From NCBI GenBank assembly GCA_963701965.1, contig OY969695.1:2336001-2400000 (forward strand): a stretch of 64,000 bases of DNA, given 5' to 3'. This DNA is from an uncultured Gemmatimonadales bacterium (lineage in GTDB: Bacteria; Gemmatimonadota; Gemmatimonadetes; Gemmatimonadales; Gemmatimonadaceae). Under the pieces are notes generated by a model, which had not been told where the DNA came from, did not search any database, and saw only the letters and a program-made list of their open reading frames with translations. This document shows positions 53,370 to 62,041 of this stretch, one piece after another. The translations under genes were made by a program, and so were the position numbers. The stretch's first letter is position 1; every line of letters begins with the position of its first letter.

Positions 53370-53942
53370 ATGACGACTCAACGCATGGTCGTGGCGGCGC
53401 TGGCGGCTGTCTCGCTCGGCTGTGCGAGCGGGATTCATGTCGTCACCGACCACGACCCGACCGCGAACTTCAAGCAGTACAGCACGTACCGGTGGCACGA
53501 CGGCACACCGGCCAAGAACCCGTTGACCGATCAGAGGATCAAGACCGCCATCGATTCGCAGATGATGGCCAAGGGCTTTCGACAGGTATCGGACAGCGCC
53601 GATCTCACGGTGACGTACCACGCGTCGACAGGCCAGCAGGTCGACGTGAACACCATGTATCAAAACGATGCGTGGGGACCCTACGGCTGGGGGCGGTATG
53701 GCCCGTACGGTAACTACTGGTACGGGCGCCCTTGGGGTCCGACCTACGCCACGACCACCGCGGACACCGTCACGACCGGAACCGTCGTGGTCGATATGAT
53801 CGACAACAAGACGAAAAAGCTCGTCTGGCGCGGTGTCGGCAGCGATGCGTTGAACGGGGATCCGAAGCAGCTCAGCGAGGCGATCAAGAAAGGGGCGGTG
53901 GAGATGTTTCGGGATTTCCCGCCGAAGGCGGCGTCGAGCTGA
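53370..53942 (+). CDS. DUF4136 family lipoprotein
   Basis: Lipobox SLGC, DPTANFKQYSTY, GTVVVDMID...LVWRG and FPP. Confidence 0.85.
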   Translation: MTTQRMVVAALAAVSLGCASGIHVVTDHDPTANFKQYSTYRWHDGTPAKNPLTDQRIKTAIDSQMMAKGFRQVSDSADLTVTYHASTGQQVDVNTMYQNDAWGPYGWGRYGPYGNYWYGRPWGPTYATTTADTVTTGTVVVDMIDNKTKKLVWRGVGSDALNGDPKQLSEAIKKGAVEMFRDFPPKAASS

Positions 53943-55254
53943 CGGCTCCCGGGCCGCGACGCCACAGCCAATAGACCGGGATTCCCAACGCGATGAGCGC
54001 GGCGCCAATCAGCGCGTTGCGCGGGCCGGAGCGCACGCTGCTCACGATGACGTACACGCAGACGACGAGGAACACGGCCGGTAGCGCCGGATATCCCGGC
54101 ACGCGAAATCCGGCTGGCGTCCCCGGGAGGTCGCGTCGGCGGTACACGAACAGCGTCGCGACGATAGCGCCGAAAAAGAGCCAGTCGCCGAAGATGACAT
54201 AGTCGAGCAACGCGCCGTATTTGCCCGTTGCCGTGAGCGCTACGGCCCAGACCGCCTGCCAGCACAGCGCGACCGCGGGCGTGCGGTAACGCGGATGCAA
54301 CGCCGCCGCCCGGCGAAAGAAGAGACCGTCAGCGGCCATCGTCTGCAGGATGCGGGGCGCCGAGAGGATCGTGATGTTCACGAAACCGAACGTCGAGACC
54401 GCGATCCCCAAGCCGACCAGGGTGCCGCCGAGGGAGCCGACGGCGCGCTCGAGCGTATCCGTCGCCGGCGCGCGGCTCGCGGCGAGACCGGCGGGACCCA
54501 GCGCTGTTACGTAGGCGAGATTCGCCAGCAAGTACACGACGACGACGATCGCCATGCCGACCAGCATCGCCCGCGGCAGCGTGCGTTCCGGATCGCGCAT
54601 CTCGCCCGCCACGTTGTTCGCGTGGGCCCAACCGCCATAGGCAAACAGGATCGGAACGAGCGCGATCCCGACACTCCGCACCAGATCGTGCGTCGGCGGG
54701 GCGACGGCGAGCGACGCCGCGCGGCCGTGGCCGAGGCCGACTATGAGACCGGCGACAATGACGGCGGCGAGCGCCGCCAGCTTGAGCACGGTGAAAATGT
54801 TCTGCGTCAGGGCGCCGGCCCGTACGCCGCGCACATTGATCGCCGTCAGCAACAACACCGCGCCGATCGCGATCGGTCGTTCCGCGGATTCGGAGAGGCC
54901 CACGAGAACGGCGGAGTAGTGCGCGAATGTCACCGCCACGGCGGCCATGCCGCCCGTGTTGACGACGAGCAGAAACGTCCAGCCGTAAAGGAAAGCCGGC
55001 AGCGGGCCGAATGCTTCGCGCAGGTACACGTAGCCGCCGCCGGCCGCGGGCCGCCGGCCGCCCAGCTCGGCGAAGCAGAGCGCGCCGACGGCCGCGATCG
55101 CGCCACCCAGCACCCAGACGGCGAGGATGAGCGGCTCCGTCGTGACACGCTGGGCGACTACGGCAGGATTCAGAAAGATGCCGCCGCCGATGATGCCACC
55201 GGCTGTCACCATCGCCGCATTGAACAGGCCCAGGCGGCGGGCGTAGTCAGTCAT
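53884..55254 (-). CDS. APC family amino acid permease
   Basis: GGIIGGGIF, FAELG..P.AGGGYVYL and FAYGGW. ATGA overlap with the ROK gene. Confidence 0.9.
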   Translation of the reverse strand: MTDYARRLGLFNAAMVTAGGIIGGGIFLNPAVVAQRVTTEPLILAVWVLGGAIAAVGALCFAELGGRRPAAGGGYVYLREAFGPLPAFLYGWTFLLVVNTGGMAAVAVTFAHYSAVLVGLSESAERPIAIGAVLLLTAINVRGVRAGALTQNIFTVLKLAALAAVIVAGLIVGLGHGRAASLAVAPPTHDLVRSVGIALVPILFAYGGWAHANNVAGEMRDPERTLPRAMLVGMAIVVVVYLLANLAYVTALGPAGLAASRAPATDTLERAVGSLGGTLVGLGIAVSTFGFVNITILSAPRILQTMAADGLFFRRAAALHPRYRTPAVALCWQAVWAVALTATGKYGALLDYVIFGDWLFFGAIVATLFVYRRRDLPGTPAGFRVPGYPALPAVFLVVCVYVIVSSVRSGPRNALIGAALIALGIPVYWLWRRGPGAVSSTPPSAGNPETSPPPLS

Positions 55255-56192
55255 GACTCCAACGCGTCGAGCGCCGCCATCAGCGACTGCACATCGCCCA
55301 GCCGGGGCCCAAGCGCGCTGGGGACGACCTCGCAGGCGGCGACGGCGCGCGGCTGCGCGCGCCGGGCCAGCACCGCGCGCGCGGGGCCGAGGAGGCGCTC
55401 GCCCAGGACCACGGCCAGGGAGCCGACGACGATCACGCGCGGGTTGAGCACGGTCACGAGCGCCGCCATGCCCGCGCCCAGCCACCGGCCGCACTCCTCG
55501 ACAGCGCCGAGCGCTCCGGGATCTCCGGCGAGCGCGGCGTCGACGATATCGCGGATGCGCGCCTCGGGACTCCAGCGCCCGGGTTCAAGACGGCGGGCCA
55601 CGGCGAGCAACCCGCGGCCCGATGAAACACTCTCCCACCCCTCGTCCGCGGTGAGGCGCATGTCCGGTTCACCCGCGACCGCCAGCATCCAGACCTCGCC
55701 CGCCATTTCGCTGGCGCCGCGCACCAGCCGCCCGTTGGCGATGATCCCGGCGCCGTTCCCCGTGCCAAATGTCAGAAAGACGAGATCGGCGAGCCCGGGC
55801 CGCGTCGCTCCCACGCCGAATCGGAACTCGGCCAGCGCCCCGGCTTTGGCGTCGTGCTCGACATAGACGGGGAGCGGAAACCGGTCCTCCAGCGTGGCTT
55901 TGAGGGCGACGCCGTGCCATCCAAGGAGATTCGGTGGATCGAGCAGTCGGCCCGCGCGTGCGTCGACCGGCCCGGCGACGGCGACGCTGATCGCGATCGG
56001 ACGCCGCCCGCTCGCGCGCGCGCGCTCCATCGCCAGCACCATGCGCTCGGCCAACGCCGGAAACGTGTCCGCGAACGGCCGGTGGCCCTCGGTCGGTCCG
56101 ACGTGCCGCTGGAGGATCGCGCCATCGAACGTGCCTTCGACGACCGCGGTTTTCGTCCCCCCGACATCGATACCGATGATCGTCTTGGTCAC
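55251..56192 (-). CDS. ROK family sugar kinase
   Basis: GIDVGGTK, VEHDAKAGALAE and FGTGNGAGII. Confidence 0.88.
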   Translation of the reverse strand: MTKTIIGIDVGGTKTAVVEGTFDGAILQRHVGPTEGHRPFADTFPALAERMVLAMERARASGRRPIAISVAVAGPVDARAGRLLDPPNLLGWHGVALKATLEDRFPLPVYVEHDAKAGALAEFRFGVGATRPGLADLVFLTFGTGNGAGIIANGRLVRGASEMAGEVWMLAVAGEPDMRLTADEGWESVSSGRGLLAVARRLEPGRWSPEARIRDIVDAALAGDPGALGAVEECGRWLGAGMAALVTVLNPRVIVVGSLAVVLGERLLGPARAVLARRAQPRAVAACEVVPSALGPRLGDVQSLMAALDALES

Positions 56193-56707
56193 GCGACGGA
56201 CCCGGCGTCGACATGCCGATACATATGGGCCTCGTCGAGATACGCGTCGCCGACGCGGACGGCCTTTGGCTCGATCCCGTAGACCGTGAATCCCGACCGC
56301 TCGTACAGGCGACGCGCTTCGGCGTTGTCGGCGATGACCGCCAGGACCACCAGCGTGACGCCGATGACCCGCGCGCGCTCGATGAGGTGGGCGACGATCT
56401 GGCCCGCGATGCCCGCGCCGCGAAAGGCCGGTTGCACGTACACGCCGACCAGGACGGCCTTGTGCGCGGTCTTGGCGCGCGTCTCGCGCACCAGCCCCGC
56501 GATGCCGACCAGCGTCTCGCCGGCGAACGCCCCGAACATGTTGCCGCGCGACAACTGCTCGGCGACCGATTCCAGCGGACGCGCGAGCTCATCGGACGGC
56601 GCGCTGTGGAACGCGCGGGCATCGCGGGTGAGCGCTTCGACGCGGATGGCGCGATAGGCGGCGGCGTCGCTGGCGTCGAGACGCCGGTACGTGATCGCGG
56701 CGGGCAT
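56189..56707 (-). CDS. GNAT family N-acetyltransferase
   Basis: VYVQPAFRGAGIA and NAEARRLYERSGF. Confidence 0.9.
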   Translation of the reverse strand: MPAAITYRRLDASDAAAYRAIRVEALTRDARAFHSAPSDELARPLESVAEQLSRGNMFGAFAGETLVGIAGLVRETRAKTAHKAVLVGVYVQPAFRGAGIAGQIVAHLIERARVIGVTLVVLAVIADNAEARRLYERSGFTVYGIEPKAVRVGDAYLDEAHMYRHVDAGSVA

Positions 56708-56760
56708 GGCGTAAGGTGCCAGCTTGACCCGCCGCCGCACTACGTGTATGTACTCATATT

Positions 56761-57210
56761 ATGCACAAAGAGGCCTGGCGCCAGCAGATCGCCGAACAGA
56801 CGGCGCAGTGCGCGTTGGCGAACCTGCGGCGCGCGGCGCGGTCGGTGACGCGCTTGTTCGATGAGGCATTGGCGCCGAGCGGGCTCCGGTCCACGCAGTT
56901 CACGGTCCTGGCGACCGTGGCGGCGGCCGGCACCGTGAACATGTCGGACCTGGCCGAGCAGCTGGGGATGGATCGCACGACGTTGGCGCGCAATCTCGGA
57001 CCGCTGGAGCGCGACAAGTTGCTGGCGATCGAGGCGGGCGTGGATCAGCGCGTGCGGCTCGTGTCGCTGACCGACGTCGGGCTCGAACGCCTGCGCGCGG
57101 CTGCGCCGCTGCGGGCGGCTGCGCAGCGCCGCGTCGTGAGCACGCTCGGCGCCGAGAATTTTCGGCACTTCCTCGGCACTCTGGACACCGTCGCGTCAGT
57201 CGACGGCTAG
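56761..57210 (+). CDS. MarR family transcriptional regulator
   Basis: CALANLRRAARSVT, GLRSTQFTVL and MDRTTLARNL. TATG-TACT-CATA palindrome at 56747-56758. Confidence 0.9.
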   Translation: MHKEAWRQQIAEQTAQCALANLRRAARSVTRLFDEALAPSGLRSTQFTVLATVAAAGTVNMSDLAEQLGMDRTTLARNLGPLERDKLLAIEAGVDQRVRLVSLTDVGLERLRAAAPLRAAAQRRVVSTLGAENFRHFLGTLDTVASVDG

Positions 57211-57211
57211 A

Positions 57212-57643
57212 TCAATCCGCCCGGCGCGGCTCCGACGTGCGGATGATCGGCGATGCGCTTTCGAGCACGCGCTCGATGGTCGCGACGACCTCGCGGGGCG
57301 TGCACGGCTTCGCCAGATACGCGGAGCATCCGGCCGCCGCGGCGCGCTCGGGCGCCGGCGGCACGGCGTACGCCGTGAGCGCCACCACGGGAATCCGCCG
57401 CGTCTCCGGGTCGGCTTTGAGCCGGCGCGTGGCCTCGAACCCGTCCATCTCCGGCAGCGCGATGTCCATGAGGATCACATCGATCGCCTCGCGCCGCGCC
57501 ATCGTCAGCGCCGCGGCGCCGGTCGCCGCTTCACGCACGTGGAAGCCGACGTGGCGGAGATACGCGCCGTACATCACGCGCGTATCCTCGCTGTCATCGA
57601 CGACCAACACTGTGCGCGCGGTCAGCACTTCCCGCTCGACCAC
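57212..57643 (-). CDS. Single-domain response regulator (DivK/CheY-like)
   Basis: VLVVDD, ILMDIALPEMDG, VALTA and YLAKP. Confidence 0.92.
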   Translation of the reverse strand: MVEREVLTARTVLVVDDSEDTRVMYGAYLRHVGFHVREAATGAAALTMARREAIDVILMDIALPEMDGFEATRRLKADPETRRIPVVALTAYAVPPAPERAAAAGCSAYLAKPCTPREVVATIERVLESASPIIRTSEPRRAD

Positions 57644-57870
57644 TGGTCACCCCCGATCATCGAGCCTGTTCGGCGGCCGGACTGGCATGGCGAACCGGAC
57701 CGTGCCGGTCTGCTGTAGCCTCCTAGCTTTGCGCCCCCGCTTTTCAGCGGGTATGCCATTTTCGCGAGCACCCCTGGGAGGGACCCTCGCCACCTGTAAT
57801 TTGCCGTCTCTAGCAATCTACACCGGCGGTTGAGGTCGACAAGTTGACTTTATGTCGCTTTCTTGAAAGC

Positions 57871-58332
57871 ATGTCATACAACAAGCCAGACGAGGACGAT
57901 CTCAAGGCTCGGCTGACGCCGATACAGTACAAAGTGACTCAACACGAAGGCACCGAGCCCCCGTTTCGCAATGAATATTGGAACAATCACGAACCGGGCA
58001 TCTACGTAGACGTCGTGAGCGGCGAACCGTTATTCAGTTCTCTCGACAAATACGACTCGGGCACCGGGTGGCCGAGCTTCAGCAAACCATTAGATCCGTC
58101 CAACGTTCGCACACGTCAGGATCGGCATCTCCTGTCGGAGCGCACCGAGGTCCGGTCCGCGCAGGGCGATTCCCATCTCGGTCACGTGTTCGACGACGGC
58201 CCCCAACCCACCGGCCAGCGTTTTTGCATGAATTCGGCGGCACTGCGCTTCGTGCCGGCCGATCGGCTGGAAGCGGAGGGGTACGGTCAGTTTCTGCCGC
58301 TGTTCAAGGACGCGCCCAGGCCCGGGAGGTAG
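57871..58332 (+). CDS. msrB: Peptide-methionine (R)-S-oxide reductase
   Basis: [17 protein letters not shown] and [10 protein letters not shown]...RFCMNSAAL. Confidence 0.95.
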   Translation: MSYNKPDEDDLKARLTPIQYKVTQHEGTEPPFRNEYWNNHEPGIYVDVVSGEPLFSSLDKYDSGTGWPSFSKPLDPSNVRTRQDRHLLSERTEVRSAQGDSHLGHVFDDGPQPTGQRFCMNSAALRFVPADRLEAEGYGQFLPLFKDAPRPGR

Positions 58333-58347
58333 GACTCTTTTACGTCT

Positions 58348-58388
58348 CCACGGGCGGGCAGGTGACGCCACTGGCGGCCGATGCGACG
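58348..58388 (+). promoter_or_regulatory. Imperfect direct repeat upstream of the TPR gene
   Basis: CCACGGGCGGGCAGGTGACG / CCACTGGCGGCCGATGCGACG. GTGACG (58362) and GCGACG (58383) are 21 bp apart. Confidence 0.45.
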
Positions 58389-58419
58389 GCGCTCTTGCCC
58401 TGGTGGCATCAGTGGCTGA

Positions 58420-59745
58420 ATGTTGCGGCCCACCATGCCCACCGACACGGCGATCGCCCACGCTGAATACTTCGAGCTGCTGCGCGAGCTGGCCGAGACG
58501 GGCCGGGCGCGGGGACTCTCCAACGAAGACGTCGAGCGGGACCCGCAGTGGCGCACCGCGGTCGCGGGACTGGTCACCCTTCGCCTGATCGATCGATGGG
58601 CCGAGAGCCGCACGGGGGCGGCGACGCCCCTGTTGTCGGAGATCGAGGCGGTACAGCAATCGATCATCGCGTGCGACGCGGGTCCCATCCCCAACATCCT
58701 GAGCGGCATCGTGCTGGCGGTGACCCGTTGGTGGGCACGGCGCGCGCCCGCGGTGCTCACCAGCCTGCTGGCCTACGCGCGGCTCCTCGACGGCGACGAG
58801 CATCGCTCGTGGCAGTTGGCCGAGGATGTCTACACCACGTTTCTCCGCCATGCGCGCACGCCGGACGAATTCGAGCTGGTGCCCAATGCCTGCGTGCGGT
58901 TGGGGCGGTGTCAACGCAACCGCGGGCATCTCGACGATGCCGCCACGTCGTTTGATCACGCCGTCGAAGCCGGCGAAGCGCAAGGCGACGCGTACAACAT
59001 GTTCCTGGGACGCATTGGCACGGCGACGATTATTCGATTGCGCGGCGATCTGCCCGCGGCGGAGGCGGCGTTGGACGCCATCATCCGCGATGCCGAGCCG
59101 ATGGCCGCTTCGCAGTCCGCGTATTTCGAACCGCTGGCCCGCGCCAAGCACGAGCGCGCGTACGTGGCCTACGAACGCCAGGACTATCAGCGCGCCATCA
59201 TGCATCTGCATGCCGCGATGCGGGCGTACACCGACGACCGCTTGCGCGACAACGCGCTGCACGATCTGGCGCTCGTCTTCGTCGACATCGGCCTGCGCGA
59301 AGCGGGACGCGACGCGTTCCTCGTTCTGCGCGCCAGCGGCGCGTCGCCCATCCAACGGTGGTCGGCGATGATCAATCTGCTGCGCCTCGCGGTCACCGAG
59401 GGGCAGGAGACGGTGTTCGAGCGCTATCGGCGGGAGATTGCGACCGTGAAGAACCTGCCGCCGTTTCTCGCCGCCCATTACTACCTGCACCTCGGGGATG
59501 GCTATCGACGCTTTGGGCGTCCCGCGGCATCGCGGAACGCATTGGCCCGCGCCATCCATCTCGCCGAACAGCACCGGTTCAACCACGTCCTGATGCGGGC
59601 CGAAGAGCTCGCGGCCACTCCGGCCGACGCCATGCCCGCGCCTGTCCATGTCTCGTCCGTGGCGCCGGCCGTCTCCGCGATCGCGGAAGTCGCCGGCGTC
59701 ATGCGTGTGCTACGCGAGCTGGCGACCGCGGGGGAGGTCGACTAA
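58420..59745 (+). CDS. Cytoplasmic TPR-like helical repeat protein (candidate peptide receptor)
   Basis: TPR-like helices (LGRCQRNRGHLDDAATSFDHA, ALHDLALVFVDIG, LHLGDGYRRFG...ALARA). No signal peptide or TM segment. Alternative start at 58435. Confidence 0.75.
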   Translation: MLRPTMPTDTAIAHAEYFELLRELAETGRARGLSNEDVERDPQWRTAVAGLVTLRLIDRWAESRTGAATPLLSEIEAVQQSIIACDAGPIPNILSGIVLAVTRWWARRAPAVLTSLLAYARLLDGDEHRSWQLAEDVYTTFLRHARTPDEFELVPNACVRLGRCQRNRGHLDDAATSFDHAVEAGEAQGDAYNMFLGRIGTATIIRLRGDLPAAEAALDAIIRDAEPMAASQSAYFEPLARAKHERAYVAYERQDYQRAIMHLHAAMRAYTDDRLRDNALHDLALVFVDIGLREAGRDAFLVLRASGASPIQRWSAMINLLRLAVTEGQETVFERYRREIATVKNLPPFLAAHYYLHLGDGYRRFGRPAASRNALARAIHLAEQHRFNHVLMRAEELAATPADAMPAPVHVSSVAPAVSAIAEVAGVMRVLRELATAGEVD

Positions 59746-59752
59746 AAGGGGA

Positions 59753-59902
59753 TCAGCCGCCGCCGATCATGACACCGCCGCCGGCGCTCATGTTCTGTGC
59801 GGGCCTCGCTTGGGATGTTGGGGCCGTCGGGTCGGCGCAGGCGGTGAGCGCACCGGCCAGGACCAGCGCCAGGGAGCCGGAGAGCAGGATGTGCTTGATC
59901 AT
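59753..59902 (-). CDS. 49-aa lipoprotein-signal micropeptide, not in the ORF track
   Basis: MIKHILLSGSLALVLAGALTACADPTAPTSQARPAQNMSAGGGVMIGGG*. GAGG RBS 6 nt before the ATG, GC3-rich codons and lipobox LTAC. Confidence 0.8.
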   Translation of the reverse strand: MIKHILLSGSLALVLAGALTACADPTAPTSQARPAQNMSAGGGVMIGGG

Positions 59903-59971
59903 GAAGTGCCTCGAAGCGTGGAGGAGACTGACCTCGTAATAGTGCTCTTCATGCGGAGCGGTCGCCTATGT

Positions 59972-60012
59972 CGTCACCGCGCCAACTCGCGGCGTCACTC
60001 AGCCATGCCGCG
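59972..60012. promoter_or_regulatory. 21-bp-period direct repeat, AraC-type binding site candidate
   Basis: CGTCACcgcGCCAactCGCG (59972-59991) and CGTCACtcaGCCAtgcCGCG (59993-60012). Confidence 0.65.
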
Positions 60013-60035
60013 CCCGCTAAGATCGGATTTCACCT

Positions 60036-60839
60036 ATGGAAATCGCCGCGTATCTGCCCGACCAATTGCTGCGCCCCTTCCGTACCGCCGTGCGCGGGCT
60101 GTACACCGTGCACGATGTCTCAGGACTGTCCGAGCTCGAGGGCGCCCTGCGGTTCTATCCCATCGATGTCGCGGTCATCGACCCGCAACTGGTGGGTCTC
60201 GCGACGCTGCCGGCGCTGGTCGCCATGCTCGTCCGGCATTCGGCGGTCCACGTCGTGGCGTATACCACCGTGTCATCGGAAGCGGTGCGGGCGCACGGGC
60301 TTCTCGCCGCGCACGGCTACCGGCACCTCGTGCTGCGCGGGTTCGACGACAGCCCCGAAGCTATCCGGGCGCTGCTCGACGCGCTGCCGGCGGACACGCT
60401 GACGGAGCTGCTGCTCCCCATGATCGAAGATTTGCTGCGCCGGGTGCCGCCGTCGCTGGCCAGCGCGATCGAAACGTTGTTTCGCGCGCCGCACACCATC
60501 GCCACCGTCGACGAGCTGGCCCGCACGGCGGTCATGTCGCGCCGGACGTTCGATCGCGCGATCGAGCGGGCGGGATTCGCGCCGGGGTGGATGGTGGTCC
60601 GGATCGCGCGGGTCGTGCGGGCCTACCACTACCTGCGCTCCGGTCGCGCCAGTGTGCGCGAAGTGGCGACGAAGTTGGGGTACGCCACGGAGCGGGGATT
60701 TGCCAACGAAGTGCACCTGGTGTCCGGATTTCTGCCGTCGTCGCTGGCCGTGCAGCTCGAGCCGCACGATTTTCTCACCCGCACCGCGGCGCGGCTGCAC
60801 CGCGCCCCGCAGCCCGTCCGCGTGCACCACGCCGGTTAG
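60036..60839 (+). CDS. AraC family regulator with receiver-like N-terminal domain
   Basis: DVAVIDP and VVAYT (receiver-like), then VDELARTAVMSRRTFDR and SVREVATKLGY..ERGF (double HTH). Confidence 0.82.
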   Translation: MEIAAYLPDQLLRPFRTAVRGLYTVHDVSGLSELEGALRFYPIDVAVIDPQLVGLATLPALVAMLVRHSAVHVVAYTTVSSEAVRAHGLLAAHGYRHLVLRGFDDSPEAIRALLDALPADTLTELLLPMIEDLLRRVPPSLASAIETLFRAPHTIATVDELARTAVMSRRTFDRAIERAGFAPGWMVVRIARVVRAYHYLRSGRASVREVATKLGYATERGFANEVHLVSGFLPSSLAVQLEPHDFLTRTAARLHRAPQPVRVHHAG

Positions 60840-60849
60840 GTTTGGGGGC

Positions 60850-61602
60850 ATGGCCGACTCAGACGTGAGGCACTCCGATGCGGACGGCGTCCGCACCCTG
60901 GTGATCGACCGGCCGGACAAGCGCAACGCGATCACCGCGGCCATGTACACGGCGCTCGCCGACGCGCTGGTGGCGGCGCGCGAGGACGCTGGCGTCGCCG
61001 TCGTCGTGATCACCGGTGCCGGCGCGACGTTCACCGCGGGGAACGATCTCCGCGATTTTCTTAGAGCTCCGCCGGCCGCGGCGGACAGCCCCGTCTTTCG
61101 ATTCCTGATGGCGTTGGTCGATTTCGACAAGCCGCTCGTCGCCGCCGTGCGCGGCGCGGCCGTCGGGATCGGCACGACGATGCTGTTGCACTGCGATCTC
61201 GTCTACGCGGCGCCCTCGGCGCGCTTCCAGCTGCCGTTCGTGTCGCTGGGTCTCGTGCCGGAGGCGGCGAGCACGCTGCTCTTGCCGCGTCTCGTGGGCC
61301 AGCACCGCGCGGCGGAGTGGCTCCTGTTGGGCGAGCCGTTCGACGCGGCGGCCGCTGCGGCCGGCGGCCTGGTGAACGCGATCATTCCTGACGAGGCGCT
61401 GGACGCGCACGCGGCCGCCAAGGCCCGCGCGCTTGCCGCCAAGCCCCGCGCGGCGCTGCGGCACACCAAGCGGTTGCTGCGCGCGGATATGGCGGAGGTC
61501 AAGGCTGCCATGCAGCGGGAAGCCGATCTCTTTTTGGAGGCGCTGCGATCGCCAGAGGCCCAAGCGGCGTTTCGCGCCTTTCTGGAAAAGGCTACGCGGT
61601 AA
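60850..61602 (+). CDS. Enoyl-CoA hydratase/isomerase
   Basis: DRPDKRNAIT, FTAGNDL, AVGIGTTMLLHCD and LGLVPEAAS. Confidence 0.93.
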   Translation: MADSDVRHSDADGVRTLVIDRPDKRNAITAAMYTALADALVAAREDAGVAVVVITGAGATFTAGNDLRDFLRAPPAAADSPVFRFLMALVDFDKPLVAAVRGAAVGIGTTMLLHCDLVYAAPSARFQLPFVSLGLVPEAASTLLLPRLVGQHRAAEWLLLGEPFDAAAAAAGGLVNAIIPDEALDAHAAAKARALAAKPRAALRHTKRLLRADMAEVKAAMQREADLFLEALRSPEAQAAFRAFLEKATR

Positions 61603-61930
61603 GGGCCGACGCATCGGCCAGCGTCACGGCTGGCCAGAGCCCTTCGTACAGCCACACGGCTCCCGTCACCCGGACGCGCCGGCCGCGCAGCCGGTGGAGC
61701 GCCGACAGCCGCAGGGTGTCGGGAATCCATATGGTGAGCGTCTCGGCGGGATGGACGGCGCCCAGATGCAAGATGTGCATGCCGGGGCTCGAGCGCGTGG
61801 CGGTGACGGCGGCGACCACGCCTTCCAGTGTCACGTGTCGTCCAACGTATGCCGCGGCCATCGCGTCCGGAACGATCTCAGGCTGAGCCCGCTCGGATCG
61901 CTCGCGCCTTCGTGACCGCAGGGTCCGCAT
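61592..61930 (-). CDS. Small hypothetical protein, OB-fold-like
   Basis: VGRHVTLEGVV...LHLG..HP...TIWI...GRRVRVTG pattern. Confidence 0.6.
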   Translation of the reverse strand: MRTLRSRRRERSERAQPEIVPDAMAAAYVGRHVTLEGVVAAVTATRSSPGMHILHLGAVHPAETLTIWIPDTLRLSALHRLRGRRVRVTGAVWLYEGLWPAVTLADASALTA

Positions 61931-61949
61931 GAGCGGCTATCCTAACGGC

Positions 61950-62041
61950 CCAACCTGTCACCACAATGACACTAGAGGCGGACTGCTCCGCAGTCCGCTC
62001 CAGTGTCTGTCGGTTGGACTGAACTCGGCTGCGCCGAGTTC
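61950..62041. repeat. Multi-hairpin intergenic element
   Basis: GCGGACTGC-tcc-GCAGTCCGC nested in GACACT/AGTGTC and CCAACC/GGTTGG. Second hairpin GAACTCGGC-tgc-GCCGAGTTC. Confidence 0.6.

Noticed and set aside
57687..57833. 48-aa ORF MANRTVPVCC...IYTGG as a second peptide
   Set aside because: It has no RBS or signal peptide, has atypical codon usage, and lies in a divergent promoter region.
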